Below are positions 1 to 9,808 of a stretch of DNA of 64,000 nucleotides, piece by piece (positions within the stretch are counted from its first letter, which is position 1; the number at the start of each line of letters is the position of its first letter). The position numbers were made by a program, and so were the translations under genes. Below the pieces are notes generated by a model that saw nothing but the letters and a program-made list of their open reading frames with translations, ran no database searches and was not told where the DNA came from. Source of the DNA: a virus. The stretch spans positions 22,321-86,320 of the IMG/VR virus record IMGVR_UViG_3300023184_009648, one strand, 5' to 3'.

Positions 1-2
1 TG

Positions 3-158
3 GAATTATCTCGATTGTTAAATTCATTTAGTGGAAAAGTTGTCTTAAGTGGTTGCATATCACCTCTTTATAAAAGATTTTATAAAAATTGGAATATTTT
101 TAAAAAGAAGATAAATAAGTCCAACAAGGAAACTGAGATTATTTGGACTAATTTTTAG
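3..158 (+). CDS. C-terminal fragment of Dam/D12-class DNA adenine methyltransferase (truncated by window)
   Basis: Manual translation ELSRLLNSFSGKVVLSGCISPLYKRFYKNW...KETEIIWTNF*; the GKVVLSG...LY...W...TE.IW.NF pattern is typical of D12-class C-termini. Confidence 0.7.
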   Translation, partial: ELSRLLNSFSGKVVLSGCISPLYKRFYKNWNIFKKKINKSNKETEIIWTNF

Positions 159-165
159 AGGTTCA

Positions 166-402
166 ATGCAGTGTAATATGCCTAATTGCAAAAATTTGAG
201 TGCAAAAAAACTATGTAGCACAGAAATAGTCAATGGTGTTCATACAGGATTGCTAACCTTTTATGCCTGTCCAAATCATCCTCCTCTAGAGGTTTATCAA
301 CAAGTCAAAAAAACTTTTGAGGCAAAAGCTGCAAGTTTGCAAATTTCCAATCCTTTAAAAGAAGTAAAGATGCATAAGAATACTGCTTCACCAGCTAAAT
401 AA
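166..402 (+). CDS. small Cys/His protein resembling the McsA N-terminal zinc finger
   Basis: GAGG RBS; CxxxxC...TEIVNG...CPNH. Confidence 0.45.
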   Translation: MQCNMPNCKNLSAKKLCSTEIVNGVHTGLLTFYACPNHPPLEVYQQVKKTFEAKAASLQISNPLKEVKMHKNTASPAK

Positions 403-405
403 GTT

Positions 406-612
406 ATGTTACCGGGATTCAAACAATGGTTAGAAGAACTACTCTCTAAGGATAGTCCTTCTTCTGCAGGCGATTTGGATGACAGTCAATCCAATTCTGA
501 TCGTGCTTTTGGCCGTAGTGGCGCAAAAAGCAAAAATTTTGCTCCCGGCAAGCCAGAAAATATTACGATCCGCAATCCTGAAAAAATGTTTGGCAAGAAG
601 GAAAAGTCATGA
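406..612 (+). CDS. hypothetical protein with capsid-targeting-like N-terminus
   Basis: MLPGFKQWLEE; CTAAATA 4 nt upstream. Confidence 0.6.
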   Translation: MLPGFKQWLEELLSKDSPSSAGDLDDSQSNSDRAFGRSGAKSKNFAPGKPENITIRNPEKMFGKKEKS

Positions 613-920
613 ATTTTCAACGCTTGTGGGAAAGCATAGAATTAGCAAAAGAAAAAAAGCAGCCTGTGGAAAATAAGGCTACATCAGCTATCCGCACGGG
701 AATTGGGATTGATGAAAATTTTTGGGACAATTTTCTTCTTCTTCTAAATAATGCTGAAGGTTTAGGAGAGCTTCTTGATGTTGATGCAGATGTAATTGGA
801 ACATGGGCAAATAAAATCAATAATGCTCGCAAACAAGTTTCTGATTCTGATGATCAAGAAGATGTAAAGAAAAATAAAAAACTTATAAAAACAAGCATTC
901 CTGAGGGTGAACCAAAATGA
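609..920 (+). CDS. hypothetical protein
   Basis: ATGA-coupled to both neighbours; MNFQRLWESIE. Confidence 0.65.
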   Translation: MNFQRLWESIELAKEKKQPVENKATSAIRTGIGIDENFWDNFLLLLNNAEGLGELLDVDADVIGTWANKINNARKQVSDSDDQEDVKKNKKLIKTSIPEGEPK

Positions 921-1273
921 AAAGTTTTTCTCAATGGAAAATGCAAGAAGCACAAAACCCTGTTTGGGAAAATCTTAAATCAACTAATTTAAATGTTAAC
1001 GATAGTGTTCGCCAATTAGCTTTGCCTAAACTGGAAAAAATTCAAGAAGAATTAGTGCGTCGATTAGTTGGTCAAAAAATTCAAAGTTACCGTGATGTGC
1101 CACCAAATTTACGAGATATGTATGCCCAAACACTTGTCTCTTGTATTTTAGAAATTTTTTACCCCAACACAACAGCCCCTACAGATATAGAAATACCAAA
1201 ATTAAAACGATCAACTGAACCTGTTTATTTACCACAAGATCAGTTTGTAACACCAGCAGCATCAAAGGGATAA
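917..1273 (+). CDS. hypothetical protein with capsid-targeting-like N-terminus
   Basis: MKSFSQWKMQE; GAGGGTG RBS. Confidence 0.7.
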   Translation: MKSFSQWKMQEAQNPVWENLKSTNLNVNDSVRQLALPKLEKIQEELVRRLVGQKIQSYRDVPPNLRDMYAQTLVSCILEIFYPNTTAPTDIEIPKLKRSTEPVYLPQDQFVTPAASKG

Positions 1274-1274
1274 A

Positions 1275-1715
1275 ATGAAAAGTTTTTATGAATTTTGTCG
1301 TTTATTAGAGAACAATCAAATTGCATCAGCTGGTGATATGCCAGCAGAAAAAGCTGTTGGTGCTGGTCAAATGCCTCCTGTTTCTGGCGAGCCTCAACCT
1401 CAAATGCAGCAAGATGAGCCAGAACAAATTCAACCTAAAATACCAACTGCTCCGGGTGGACCTGAAGAAGCCAAAACTCTTGAAGATGTTGGAAATGCTA
1501 TTCGTAAAGTTTTAGAAGAGAAGCTTTTTCCTGCACTTGATAAAAAACAAATTAGCAAAGAAGTTGCAATGGAATTGTACAATACAATTGCATCTGAAAT
1601 ATCTAATCGTTATGGCATAACCGCATCTAAGACAAATCAAGGAATGAATAATGCCATGGCTACTAATTCAGAACCTCGTTCTCCTTCTCCAAAGCAACCT
1701 ACGGCACAAGGCTAA
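1275..1715 (+). CDS. hypothetical Pro/Gln-rich protein with capsid-targeting-like N-terminus
   Basis: MKSFYEFCRLLE; TAATG coupling to the next gene. Confidence 0.7.
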   Translation: MKSFYEFCRLLENNQIASAGDMPAEKAVGAGQMPPVSGEPQPQMQQDEPEQIQPKIPTAPGGPEEAKTLEDVGNAIRKVLEEKLFPALDKKQISKEVAMELYNTIASEISNRYGITASKTNQGMNNAMATNSEPRSPSPKQPTAQG

Positions 1716-2599
1716 TGAAACATCGTGGTAGAATTCAAAGCGATGAAGAAAAACAAAGACGGATTGAGCAAGCATTAAAAAATCGCCGCCATCCGCCACA
1801 ACCTATCAAATTGCCTAATCCAGAACCACGCCGTGTTGTTAGTCGCATTCATCGTTCTGGAACAATAATAAAATCTAAACCTTTAATAATTAGACCATTT
1901 TCTCCATTTACTGCAACATTCAAGCACTCAGGTGATCTTGGAGATTTATGGTATAGTTTGCCAGTAATACGGTATCTTGGAGGTGGATCACTTTATTTAA
2001 ATCCTGATGGTCTTAAAACTAGAAAACCTGACGGTACAATAAGCGGTCTTAATCCAGAACTTATAAAGATGAGCATTCCATTATTAGAATTGCAACATTA
2101 CATAAAAAAAGTAGAAAAATGGAATCAGCATCAAAAAGTATCTCTTGATATTGATATATTTAGAAAAATATTTCCTCCAAAGCCAAGCTTGTGTGAAAAA
2201 ATTTTAGCTTCTTTTTCTGTTCCTTTTTCTGAGATACAGAAACCTTGGATTGAATGTGATTCTAAAAATATAGCCAAGGTTGTTTTTAACCGATCTTTTA
2301 GATACAGAAATGAAAATACAAAATACAAAGAAATACTTGCAGACAATAAAGAAAGTTCTGTTTTTATAGGTCTTCCAGAAGAGCATCAAGACTTTGAAAG
2401 CAAATTTGGAAAAATTGATTATTATAAAATTAAAGATTTTCTTGAAATGGCACAAATTATAAACGGAGCAGAATTATTTGTAGGAAACCAAAGTAGTTCA
2501 TTAGCTTTAGCAATAGCTATGCACAAACCATTCATTCAAGAAGCTTACATCCATGGAGCAGATTGCAAAATTGAAATTTCTAATGCAAAATACATGTAA
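1715..2599 (+). CDS. GT9/heptosyltransferase-like glycosyltransferase
   Basis: HSGDLGD and FLEMAQIINGAELFVGNQSS motifs. Confidence 0.7.
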   Translation: MKHRGRIQSDEEKQRRIEQALKNRRHPPQPIKLPNPEPRRVVSRIHRSGTIIKSKPLIIRPFSPFTATFKHSGDLGDLWYSLPVIRYLGGGSLYLNPDGLKTRKPDGTISGLNPELIKMSIPLLELQHYIKKVEKWNQHQKVSLDIDIFRKIFPPKPSLCEKILASFSVPFSEIQKPWIECDSKNIAKVVFNRSFRYRNENTKYKEILADNKESSVFIGLPEEHQDFESKFGKIDYYKIKDFLEMAQIINGAELFVGNQSSSLALAIAMHKPFIQEAYIHGADCKIEISNAKYM

Positions 2600-3563
2600 A
2601 TTTTTACTTACTGGCGCAAATAAAAACAATTCTACTGATGGTGTAATTGTCAGTGGAATCACACATATACTTAAAAACTTTTTTCCAAATTGCAAAACAG
2701 ACTATATTACTCTGCAAGATTTAATCCCCATGGAAAAAAGCAAATTACTAACAGAAAAAAAATATGACATGTTATTTGTTTGCGGAACTCCATGGTTGTG
2801 GCATAATTTTCAAGTTTCTACAAAGTATAAAAATTTAATCAGATTATTTGAAGCACATCCAGAATGTAAAAAAATTTTTTTGGGTGCTGGGTCATGTTTA
2901 AATATTTCAGATATCAACAGTGATATTTTAAAAAGTTCAGAAGAAATTAACGGCATTCAAAAATTGTATCTACAATGTATCAACATTGTAAGAGACAATA
3001 TTGCACATGAACTTCTTCAAAATGCCAAAGTAAATTCTACATTATTGCCATGTCCATCTTATTTTTGCTATGGCACAGAATCTATCAACGAAGGACTTAG
3101 AAAAAATAATGTACTTGTTTATATTGATCCTCGAAAATCTATATCTGAATCGGGGTGGCAATGCTCTAAAAAATTAGATCATTTTAATGAATTGAATTTA
3201 TACTTTTACAATCAATTTAAACCAAAAGTATATGTTGCAAATAGATTAGATATCGAAGGAGCTATGTCTGCTGGTTTGCCAAGACCGTTATTGTTAAAAA
3301 ACTACTATCAAACTTTAAAAGTTATGGAAGAAGCTGATTATGTACTTTCTTCTCGTGTTCATTGTGCAGTTCCGGGTTTTGTACAAGGAAAAGCAATTGG
3401 TTTAATTCCTATTGATAGTCGCAGTAAAACTCTTGAAGATTTTGGTTGCTTAATGATTGATGATGTGAAAGATTTTGCAAAACTAAAACATGAAAAACGC
3501 CATTTTTTAAATGCACTAAAAACTTATAAAGAATTGTTGATTCCAATGACAGAAAACAATTGA
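2583..3563 (+). CDS. polysaccharide pyruvyl-transferase-family protein
   Basis: CGTP, IVRD, LPCP and SSRVHCAV motifs; start moved to the ATG at 2583. Confidence 0.7.
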   Translation: MQNTCKFLLTGANKNNSTDGVIVSGITHILKNFFPNCKTDYITLQDLIPMEKSKLLTEKKYDMLFVCGTPWLWHNFQVSTKYKNLIRLFEAHPECKKIFLGAGSCLNISDINSDILKSSEEINGIQKLYLQCINIVRDNIAHELLQNAKVNSTLLPCPSYFCYGTESINEGLRKNNVLVYIDPRKSISESGWQCSKKLDHFNELNLYFYNQFKPKVYVANRLDIEGAMSAGLPRPLLLKNYYQTLKVMEEADYVLSSRVHCAVPGFVQGKAIGLIPIDSRSKTLEDFGCLMIDDVKDFAKLKHEKRHFLNALKTYKELLIPMTENN

Positions 3564-3608
3564 ATGTAAAAGAGTCATATATAATTTATAAAAACATAAA
3601 GAGGTAAT

Positions 3609-4049
3609 ATGCAAAAAGATTTAACCACTGATGAAGTGCAAGAAGCTTTAAAAAAGCTAAATATTTTTCTAGACGATGCAAAAAAACAATGGGATGCTCA
3701 AAATCCCAATCCCAAAAGTTGGTTTGGGATTAACCGTGGTGTTTTGTTAAAAGCAACAACTTTTCTTACATGCATCACCGATGAACTTATTCAATATGTT
3801 GAAACGATTATTGATAAAGGACCAGATAAAAGAGCAGCTGTTATTTTAACAATGGGACAATTATTTGATTATGTAATGCAATCATTTGCACCCTTGTGGC
3901 TCAAGCCTATGCTGCCTGCAATGAAACAAATTGTTGTTACCATTGTTATTGGAAACTTAATTGAATTTATTGTGGCAAAATACAGAGCAGGATATTGGAA
4001 AATGGAGCAAAAAAATGAGTCTGTCAATCAACCTATCAGCGCTAATTAA
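3609..4049 (+). CDS. hypothetical helical/membrane-associated protein
   Basis: GAGG RBS; hydrophobic C-terminal half; overlaps the protease gene. Confidence 0.6.
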   Translation: MQKDLTTDEVQEALKKLNIFLDDAKKQWDAQNPNPKSWFGINRGVLLKATTFLTCITDELIQYVETIIDKGPDKRAAVILTMGQLFDYVMQSFAPLWLKPMLPAMKQIVVTIVIGNLIEFIVAKYRAGYWKMEQKNESVNQPISAN

Positions 4050-4986
4050 CAAAATTGGGTTACTTCCATTCACAAGAGAAGAAGTTCTTTCTGTTCAAGA
4101 TGTAGAACAGAGATCCGGTTGGGAAATTACTGCTTTTGATCTTCCTGAGTCTTGGAACTACACTCAAGGAGAAGGTGTTGTTGTAGCCGTACTAGACACT
4201 GGGGCTGATCTTAATCATCAAGACCTTGCCCCCAACCTTCTTCAAGGTAAAAACTTCGTTGATCCAAGCAAACCTCCCCAAGATGATAATGGCCATGGCA
4301 GTCATGTATCAGGAATTATTTGTGCCTTAAATAACAATATTGGGATTGTAGGCGTTGCACCCAAAACTAAAGTAATGCCAGTGAAAGTTCTTGATTCATT
4401 GGGAAATGGTAATTTAGATGTAGTAGCAGAAGGAATTAGATGGGCAACAAATCAAGGAGTAGATTTTATTACTATGTCGCTTGGTTCGCCATCACAAATA
4501 CCTGTTGTAGAAGATGCAATAAAATACGCAACTGATCGTGGAGTTATTATTTGGTGTGCCGCAGGAAATGCTGGTAAAACTCGTCAAATATTTTATCCAG
4601 CAGCTTATCCGCAATGCATTGGTATTGGAGCAATTGACGAAAGCTTTAATCGTGCAGACTTTAGCTGTACTGGTCCAGATCTTGATTTTGTAGCACCGGG
4701 TGTAAAGATTTTGAGCACCGTACCAGACAATTGGTATGCAGTACTTTCTGGTACAAGCATGGCAAATCCTTTTGCCGTAGGTATTGGATGCCTTCTATTA
4801 TCATATAAGCGTAAAACAGGAATGAATTTACGACTCAATAATGCCCAAGATTACATTGAAGCATTGAAGCAATATACTATTCCAACCACAAACCCTAATT
4901 TTGGAAATCAACATTTTTTTGAAGGATTTGGAATCATTGACGCTCGTAAAATGAATGAATGGATTGCGTCACACAACAATAGTTAA
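4015..4986 (+). CDS. S8 subtilisin-family serine protease, intracellular (ISP)-type
   Basis: Catalytic motifs VAVLDTG, HGSHVSG and GTSMANP; AAGN oxyanion motif; LLPF N-terminal extension; no signal peptide. Confidence 0.92.
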   Translation: MSLSINLSALINKIGLLPFTREEVLSVQDVEQRSGWEITAFDLPESWNYTQGEGVVVAVLDTGADLNHQDLAPNLLQGKNFVDPSKPPQDDNGHGSHVSGIICALNNNIGIVGVAPKTKVMPVKVLDSLGNGNLDVVAEGIRWATNQGVDFITMSLGSPSQIPVVEDAIKYATDRGVIIWCAAGNAGKTRQIFYPAAYPQCIGIGAIDESFNRADFSCTGPDLDFVAPGVKILSTVPDNWYAVLSGTSMANPFAVGIGCLLLSYKRKTGMNLRLNNAQDYIEALKQYTIPTTNPNFGNQHFFEGFGIIDARKMNEWIASHNNS

Positions 4987-5594
4987 TCTTTTTCTGGTAA
5001 TTTAATTGGTGGAAGTTCATAAAGCATAAACTCTTGTTCTTGACTCAAACTTCCATCTTTTCCTTGGCCTTTTTTTCCATCTTCTTTGCCATATCCCTCA
5101 GGATTTTGCTGTCCTTCACCTTTTGCTTTGCCTTGAGAACCACCAACCTTTTTACCTTTAGCTAAAGATTGCATGGCTTGTTGAACTTTTTCATGTGTTT
5201 CACGAGTATAAGGAAGTCTATAAACTCGTGGTTCATCAGAATTTTTTTTAGATGAAAAAGGAGCTAGCCAAGAATTGGGTTTAGTTTCAACAATTTCATT
5301 TTCATCATCAAGAGCGTTGGCCCAAATAAGAATATAACCCTTTTTATTGAAATCACTGTTAGATGGCTCATGAACAAAAGCCCAAAGCATGCCAAATTTT
5401 TTTGGCAAAGGCGATTCAGCAGCCCACCCAGATATATTTCCTAAACTGTTCCAGATTACAAAATTAAAATAAAGAACAAGAGGAACTGCTATAACTTTAA
5501 TTAACCAATGTCCTTTGCCAAGAATAATAAACCAAAGCAATACTGCACAAATAACTACAAAGGTGAATGGTATGCCAATTAAAGATAAATCCAT
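4983..5594 (-). CDS. membrane protein (two N-terminal TM helices, soluble C-domain), third gene of the motor-like operon
   Basis: Two hydrophobic segments within residues 1-55; 2 nt from the upstream gene. Confidence 0.7.
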   Translation of the reverse strand: MDLSLIGIPFTFVVICAVLLWFIILGKGHWLIKVIAVPLVLYFNFVIWNSLGNISGWAAESPLPKKFGMLWAFVHEPSNSDFNKKGYILIWANALDDENEIVETKPNSWLAPFSSKKNSDEPRVYRLPYTRETHEKVQQAMQSLAKGKKVGGSQGKAKGEGQQNPEGYGKEDGKKGQGKDGSLSQEQEFMLYELPPIKLPEKD

Positions 5595-5596
5595 GT

Positions 5597-6214
5597 TTAG
5601 CTTCCTTTTTGCTTAAGAGCCTGCGTTAATGATTTTGGCAGTGTATTATGACTCACCATATCACCAGATTTGTTTAGTTTAAAACGCAATAAAGTTTTTT
5701 CGTCTCCTGATTTTTCAAGTATCAATTCATTTACAATCAATGTTTTTACTTGTGGATTTAACTTTTCGACCATAACACTAACTTTACAAGGTTTTGGATC
5801 ATTTTTACGATAGGCGTGAGCATTTATGCAATATTCACCTTCTTCAAAGCCACGAAGTGTGACGATCTCTCTGTTATATGGATATCTAATTTGTCCATTT
5901 GGGGTTTCTACAAAATCATTTCTATGACCAAGATCATCTCGATCAAGATGCATGAGTCCATCTTCTCTACGACGGAAACAAACAAGTGCACCTCTTGGAT
6001 CTTCTACATAAAGATCAATATCATCATCCATTTCGTCGTTCCAAGACAAAGTTATCATATATTCTGCTTTGATTTGCACAGAAGATTTTTTATTTTCTTT
6101 GTCTACATTTATCATCGCAAAAGCCAAAACAAACATAGCTGTAAAAGCAAGAAGCATATTAAAAAGAAGATCAAGAAAAGAAGTGTTGCAGCTATAAAGC
6201 CTTTTCATCTGCAT
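5597..6214 (-). CDS. MotB/ExbD-like single-TM protein with YfaP/DUF2135-like periplasmic domain
   Basis: TM SFLDLLFNMLLAFTAMFVLAFAMI with intramembrane Asp; ITLSW...DIDLYVEDP...LDRDD...GEY motif; start at 6214 or 6208. Confidence 0.65.
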   Translation of the reverse strand: MQMKRLYSCNTSFLDLLFNMLLAFTAMFVLAFAMINVDKENKKSSVQIKAEYMITLSWNDEMDDDIDLYVEDPRGALVCFRRREDGLMHLDRDDLGHRNDFVETPNGQIRYPYNREIVTLRGFEEGEYCINAHAYRKNDPKPCKVSVMVEKLNPQVKTLIVNELILEKSGDEKTLLRFKLNKSGDMVSHNTLPKSLTQALKQKGS

Positions 6215-6725
6215 TGGACTCCTCACTTATATGATTTTTAAAAACTTCTAATCTTTGAGCGAAAAGAAAATACTGTAGCTTAAGCAACTGCCCGCAAATC
6301 AAACCAACAAGTGTGGTGTAAAGTGCTGTTGCCATGCTTTTTCCCAATTCAGAAAGAAGTCCTTGTACTGTTTTTATATTTTGAAGATCAAGTGTTTCAA
6401 ACCCTGTAAGCATCATAATGAAACCTATAATAGTGCCTAACATGCCAAGGTTCAGGCAAAACTCACTCATAAACCAACCTAGTTCTTCACGACGAGCAAA
6501 AAGTTCATAGGTTTCTTTATCCATACTTTTACGGCCTCCCATATTGAGAATATGATTGCCACAGTTTGTAGATTGAATGACAAATATCAAAAATGTAAAA
6601 GCACTAAGATAACTTGCATCCTTTGACCAAATAGTTTGTGGAATTTGCAAAAAAAATGCATAAGCAGTACCAACAATCATCAAAATATAAAATAACCACC
6701 ACTTAAGAAATGTTTCATTTCGCAT
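6192..6725 (-). CDS. MotA/TolQ/ExbB proton-channel family protein
   Basis: LGMLGTIIG and MATALYTTLVGL signature helices. Confidence 0.88.
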   Translation of the reverse strand: MRNETFLKWWLFYILMIVGTAYAFFLQIPQTIWSKDASYLSAFTFLIFVIQSTNCGNHILNMGGRKSMDKETYELFARREELGWFMSEFCLNLGMLGTIIGFIMMLTGFETLDLQNIKTVQGLLSELGKSMATALYTTLVGLICGQLLKLQYFLFAQRLEVFKNHISEESNADEKAL

Positions 6726-7215
6726 CTTTAATCTCCTTTTTTAACTCTTCAATTTTATTTTTTAACATTGCAGCAATTTCATAATTTTCAACTTTTACAG
6801 CTTTAACTATTTTTTCTTCCAATATTTGAATTTGTTCTTTGATGTTTTCTAAAAAATAATGATCTTCAAAATTTTTGGGCATTTTGCCTACATGCTTACA
6901 TGATTTCTGACAACGGCTAAATATTTGTAAGGCAATAGTTTTATGAGCATCGTAACAATCAGGACAACCAAAAAAATGTTTACTAGCAATTTCTGTTAAT
7001 GATGTTCCACAAAATTTACAAATATATTTTTGTAATTTTGATGCGTCTTGTAAAATAAACATATTTAAATTATTTTTCAGTTGGCAAATTAGAAAATAAG
7101 ATGGGCCACATACTTGACAAGCGTCACAATTTATTTCAATGTTATTTTCTAATTTTGGAACCTGCATATTTTTGGGATTGGGGCAGGGATTGTTGGTGAA
7201 AGGACAATTATCCAT
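6715..7215 (-). CDS. McsA-like zinc-finger/UVR-domain protein
   Basis: CKFCG...GCPDCY...HVGKMP plus C-terminal UVR motif AVKVENYEIAAMLKNKI. Confidence 0.8.
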   Translation of the reverse strand: MDNCPFTNNPCPNPKNMQVPKLENNIEINCDACQVCGPSYFLICQLKNNLNMFILQDASKLQKYICKFCGTSLTEIASKHFFGCPDCYDAHKTIALQIFSRCQKSCKHVGKMPKNFEDHYFLENIKEQIQILEEKIVKAVKVENYEIAAMLKNKIEELKKEIKDAK

Positions 7216-7218
7216 GCT

Positions 7219-7749
7219 TTATTCCTTTTTAGAAGTTAAATTATTTTTAAATTTCAAAGCTTTATTCTGCAAAGATTTTTTTTCAGGTTCTGTGATATCA
7301 TTTTTTAAAATGATCAAAACATTTTCAACAAATTGACAATAAGAATTTACAAATTCACGACGAACTTCAAGCAAATCATTATAATAACTTTGCACTTGTT
7401 TTTTTGTTAAAGTTGATTTGTATTCTGGATCATTAAACTTATCTATCTCTTTGGCCCAAATGCTTTGAAGTTTTTCAGATTGCTCCAATAATTGATTAGC
7501 TAAAACAATTATAAAAACATGTTGTTGAAGATTTGATAATTCAGTAAAAGATTTTGTTTTATTGTCGTCCTTATCAGTTACCTCTATGGTTTTCCAAAAC
7601 TCAGTATTAAAAATTCGTTTGTTATAGCGTCGATTTAATTCAATAACAGACTCATAATTTTCAGCTTTTGCCTGAAATTGAGGCTGGTCTGCAAAATTGC
7701 ATATTATGAGCAAAAAAGCAATAGCTGTTATCATTTGCACTCTTTTCAT
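7219..7749 (-). CDS. predicted exported helical protein
   Basis: N-terminal signal-peptide-like MKRVQMITAIAFLLIICNFA. Confidence 0.6.
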   Translation of the reverse strand: MKRVQMITAIAFLLIICNFADQPQFQAKAENYESVIELNRRYNKRIFNTEFWKTIEVTDKDDNKTKSFTELSNLQQHVFIIVLANQLLEQSEKLQSIWAKEIDKFNDPEYKSTLTKKQVQSYYNDLLEVRREFVNSYCQFVENVLIILKNDITEPEKKSLQNKALKFKNNLTSKKE

Positions 7750-8582
7750 TAAGGCAAAGCTGTGCCTGATACTCTCATTGTAAATCCATCATCCTGAGTA
7801 GCAGCAGCATTAGGTGGAACAACACGCTTTATCCAAACAGGTATAACATCTAGATTTCTAATTTGTCCAACTTGAAATGCAGAGGTACTAAAAACAACAT
7901 TTGTAGGAGGAGTTATTTCTGTATCAATAGAATCAGCTTCACTGTTAATAGGACTCCCGCTAACAGCTTTATAAATATTTAAAACTGGCTGAGAATAACC
8001 ACTATAAGTTAAATTGTTATTTGTTTCAACTAAAATTTCATGAAATCGATATCCAGCCAAGCCAATAAAATTTATTTCAAATGTTGTAGAATCTGAAATA
8101 GAATCATAACTGCCAGAAACTGTTATATCTTCAAGATTTGGAACGGTTCTAAGAGCACTTTGAATGTTCAGTGCCCAATCTACGACACTGACACTCCAAT
8201 TTGCAACAAGACCACCATGAACACTAGTGTCTGAATAAGAAAAAACATTATTGCCACCGGTAATAGTAGATGCATTGGTTACCGTGATAAACTGACGATC
8301 ATTTTGTAATAAATACCCAAGATTAACATCAGCACCAGATGGAACATCATATTGAACAAAAATAGATGCATTATACAAAGTCTCAGTAAGATTATCATTG
8401 CTAAGATAAATACAACGATATTTAGTAGAACCAGCAGTTGCTTCACTTGTTGATACATCCTGAAACAATGTGGTTCCAGCAATAGGATTTACAGACGGAG
8501 CACCGCCAAGAGAGGCATTAGGATCAGTATTTGTCAATCCGCCTGAAAGTAAAAACTTTAAATCTCCTGCTCCAATTAACAT
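7749..8582 (-). CDS. putative virion structural protein
   Basis: Beta-rich, S/T/G-rich; LSGG..N.DPNASLGG, YRCIY and VWIKRVV motifs recalled from phage structural proteins. Confidence 0.55.
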   Translation of the reverse strand: MLIGAGDLKFLLSGGLTNTDPNASLGGAPSVNPIAGTTLFQDVSTSEATAGSTKYRCIYLSNDNLTETLYNASIFVQYDVPSGADVNLGYLLQNDRQFITVTNASTITGGNNVFSYSDTSVHGGLVANWSVSVVDWALNIQSALRTVPNLEDITVSGSYDSISDSTTFEINFIGLAGYRFHEILVETNNNLTYSGYSQPVLNIYKAVSGSPINSEADSIDTEITPPTNVVFSTSAFQVGQIRNLDVIPVWIKRVVPPNAAATQDDGFTMRVSGTALP

Positions 8583-8980
8583 TAAGCTTCCTCGTTGAGA
8601 TTCCTAGAAATTATATAAGAAACATTACGGCTACTGTAGTCAGCAACATTAAGAATTTCGTCAACGGTCAGTCAATGCCATATATATTTAAAATTTTTTC
8701 ACCATATTTTTTCAACCTATTTGGTGAAATCTGATTATGATGAAAAGTATAATAAATTTTTGCTTGTGATCGCCCTATTAAAAGGGATAATTTCAGCGAT
8801 TTTCACATCGAAATCATGCAAATAAAGCTGAATAAGCTTAGCATTATCTCCGCTAATATCGATGAAACAACGAAATCCATGCATAACATATGTACTGAAT
8901 AGATACTTTTTTTACTAAAATTGGTTGTCCGTTTTATTTAATCATATAAAATGGTTTATCTGTCTTACCGGAAAGGCGGT

Positions 8981-9808
8981 ATGCAAATCCTTAATACAGA
9001 CAATGCAAGTGAAGGTCTTCGCTTACCGCTCAAGACCTATAAACGAAATATTGTTTGGTATAATGAACCAAATAGTTATACTATTTTACAAATTTATAAG
9101 AAGGGACTTGAATACGCATTGGTTTCAGACAAATACCAACAATGCCACCAATTTGTGTGGTGTAAAGATTTTTTACACGATGTTGTTCATGCTACCGTGA
9201 ATAATTTTGGGTTTGAATTGTATGGATTTTTATATAGCCCTTTAAATGATCCAAAACCTTGTTTAAAAGAAATAAGGCTTCTTATAAGTAATTCTAAAGA
9301 TAAAAAACTTGCTTCTCTAATTCCATCTTGTGTTGATTTTTTAAATCAAATTGAAGCTCGGATTAAAATGTCAAAAACAATTGTGCGAAAAGTAGCCAAT
9401 CCACAATGTGATCGTAAAAAAACTGGTGTTTTTCTTTTTCAAGGCAACAGTCGTTGGTTGATGTCTCCTCCGATGTTGTCGCTTTATACTTGGTTAATAA
9501 GAATAGGATTATGTCATAAAATAGGAACATCATTTAAAGAAACAATCAAAGCTCTAAAAGAGAAAACTATTAGCCCATATCAAGTTAAAGATGCTCAATG
9601 GATTAAAGATTGTGAAGTTGCATTGCACAAAATTATTCGACTAGGTGATAAAAAAATATTTTATCGTGATATAAAAATGAATTATCCCGAGTCGCTTAAT
9701 ATAGATGAAGTTCACAATCGATTGGGTATTCTTTCATACTCATTTGATATTATCGTGCATTCGCTTAAGCAAAAAGTGCCAATTCCATATTGGCATCGAT
9801 TGCGTTAG
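8981..9808 (+). CDS. hypothetical protein upstream of the COOH-NH2 ligase
   Basis: GGAAAGGCGG RBS; FVWCKDFLHD motif. Confidence 0.65.
   Translation: MQILNTDNASEGLRLPLKTYKRNIVWYNEPNSYTILQIYKKGLEYALVSDKYQQCHQFVWCKDFLHDVVHATVNNFGFELYGFLYSPLNDPKPCLKEIRLLISNSKDKKLASLIPSCVDFLNQIEARIKMSKTIVRKVANPQCDRKKTGVFLFQGNSRWLMSPPMLSLYTWLIRIGLCHKIGTSFKETIKALKEKTISPYQVKDAQWIKDCEVALHKIIRLGDKKIFYRDIKMNYPESLNIDEVHNRLGILSYSFDIIVHSLKQKVPIPYWHRLR

Noticed and set aside
4983-6725. Calling the motor genes Zorya, a flagellar stator or ExbBD/TolQR proper
   Set aside because: No long ZorA tail, no OmpA-like domain, and no ZorC/D/E, TonB or TolA nearby
8583-8950. Small ORFs, a frameshifted microgene (TGAC duplication near 8670) or an ncRNA in this spacer
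   Set aside because: Several competing short frames and weak hairpins; none has convincing support
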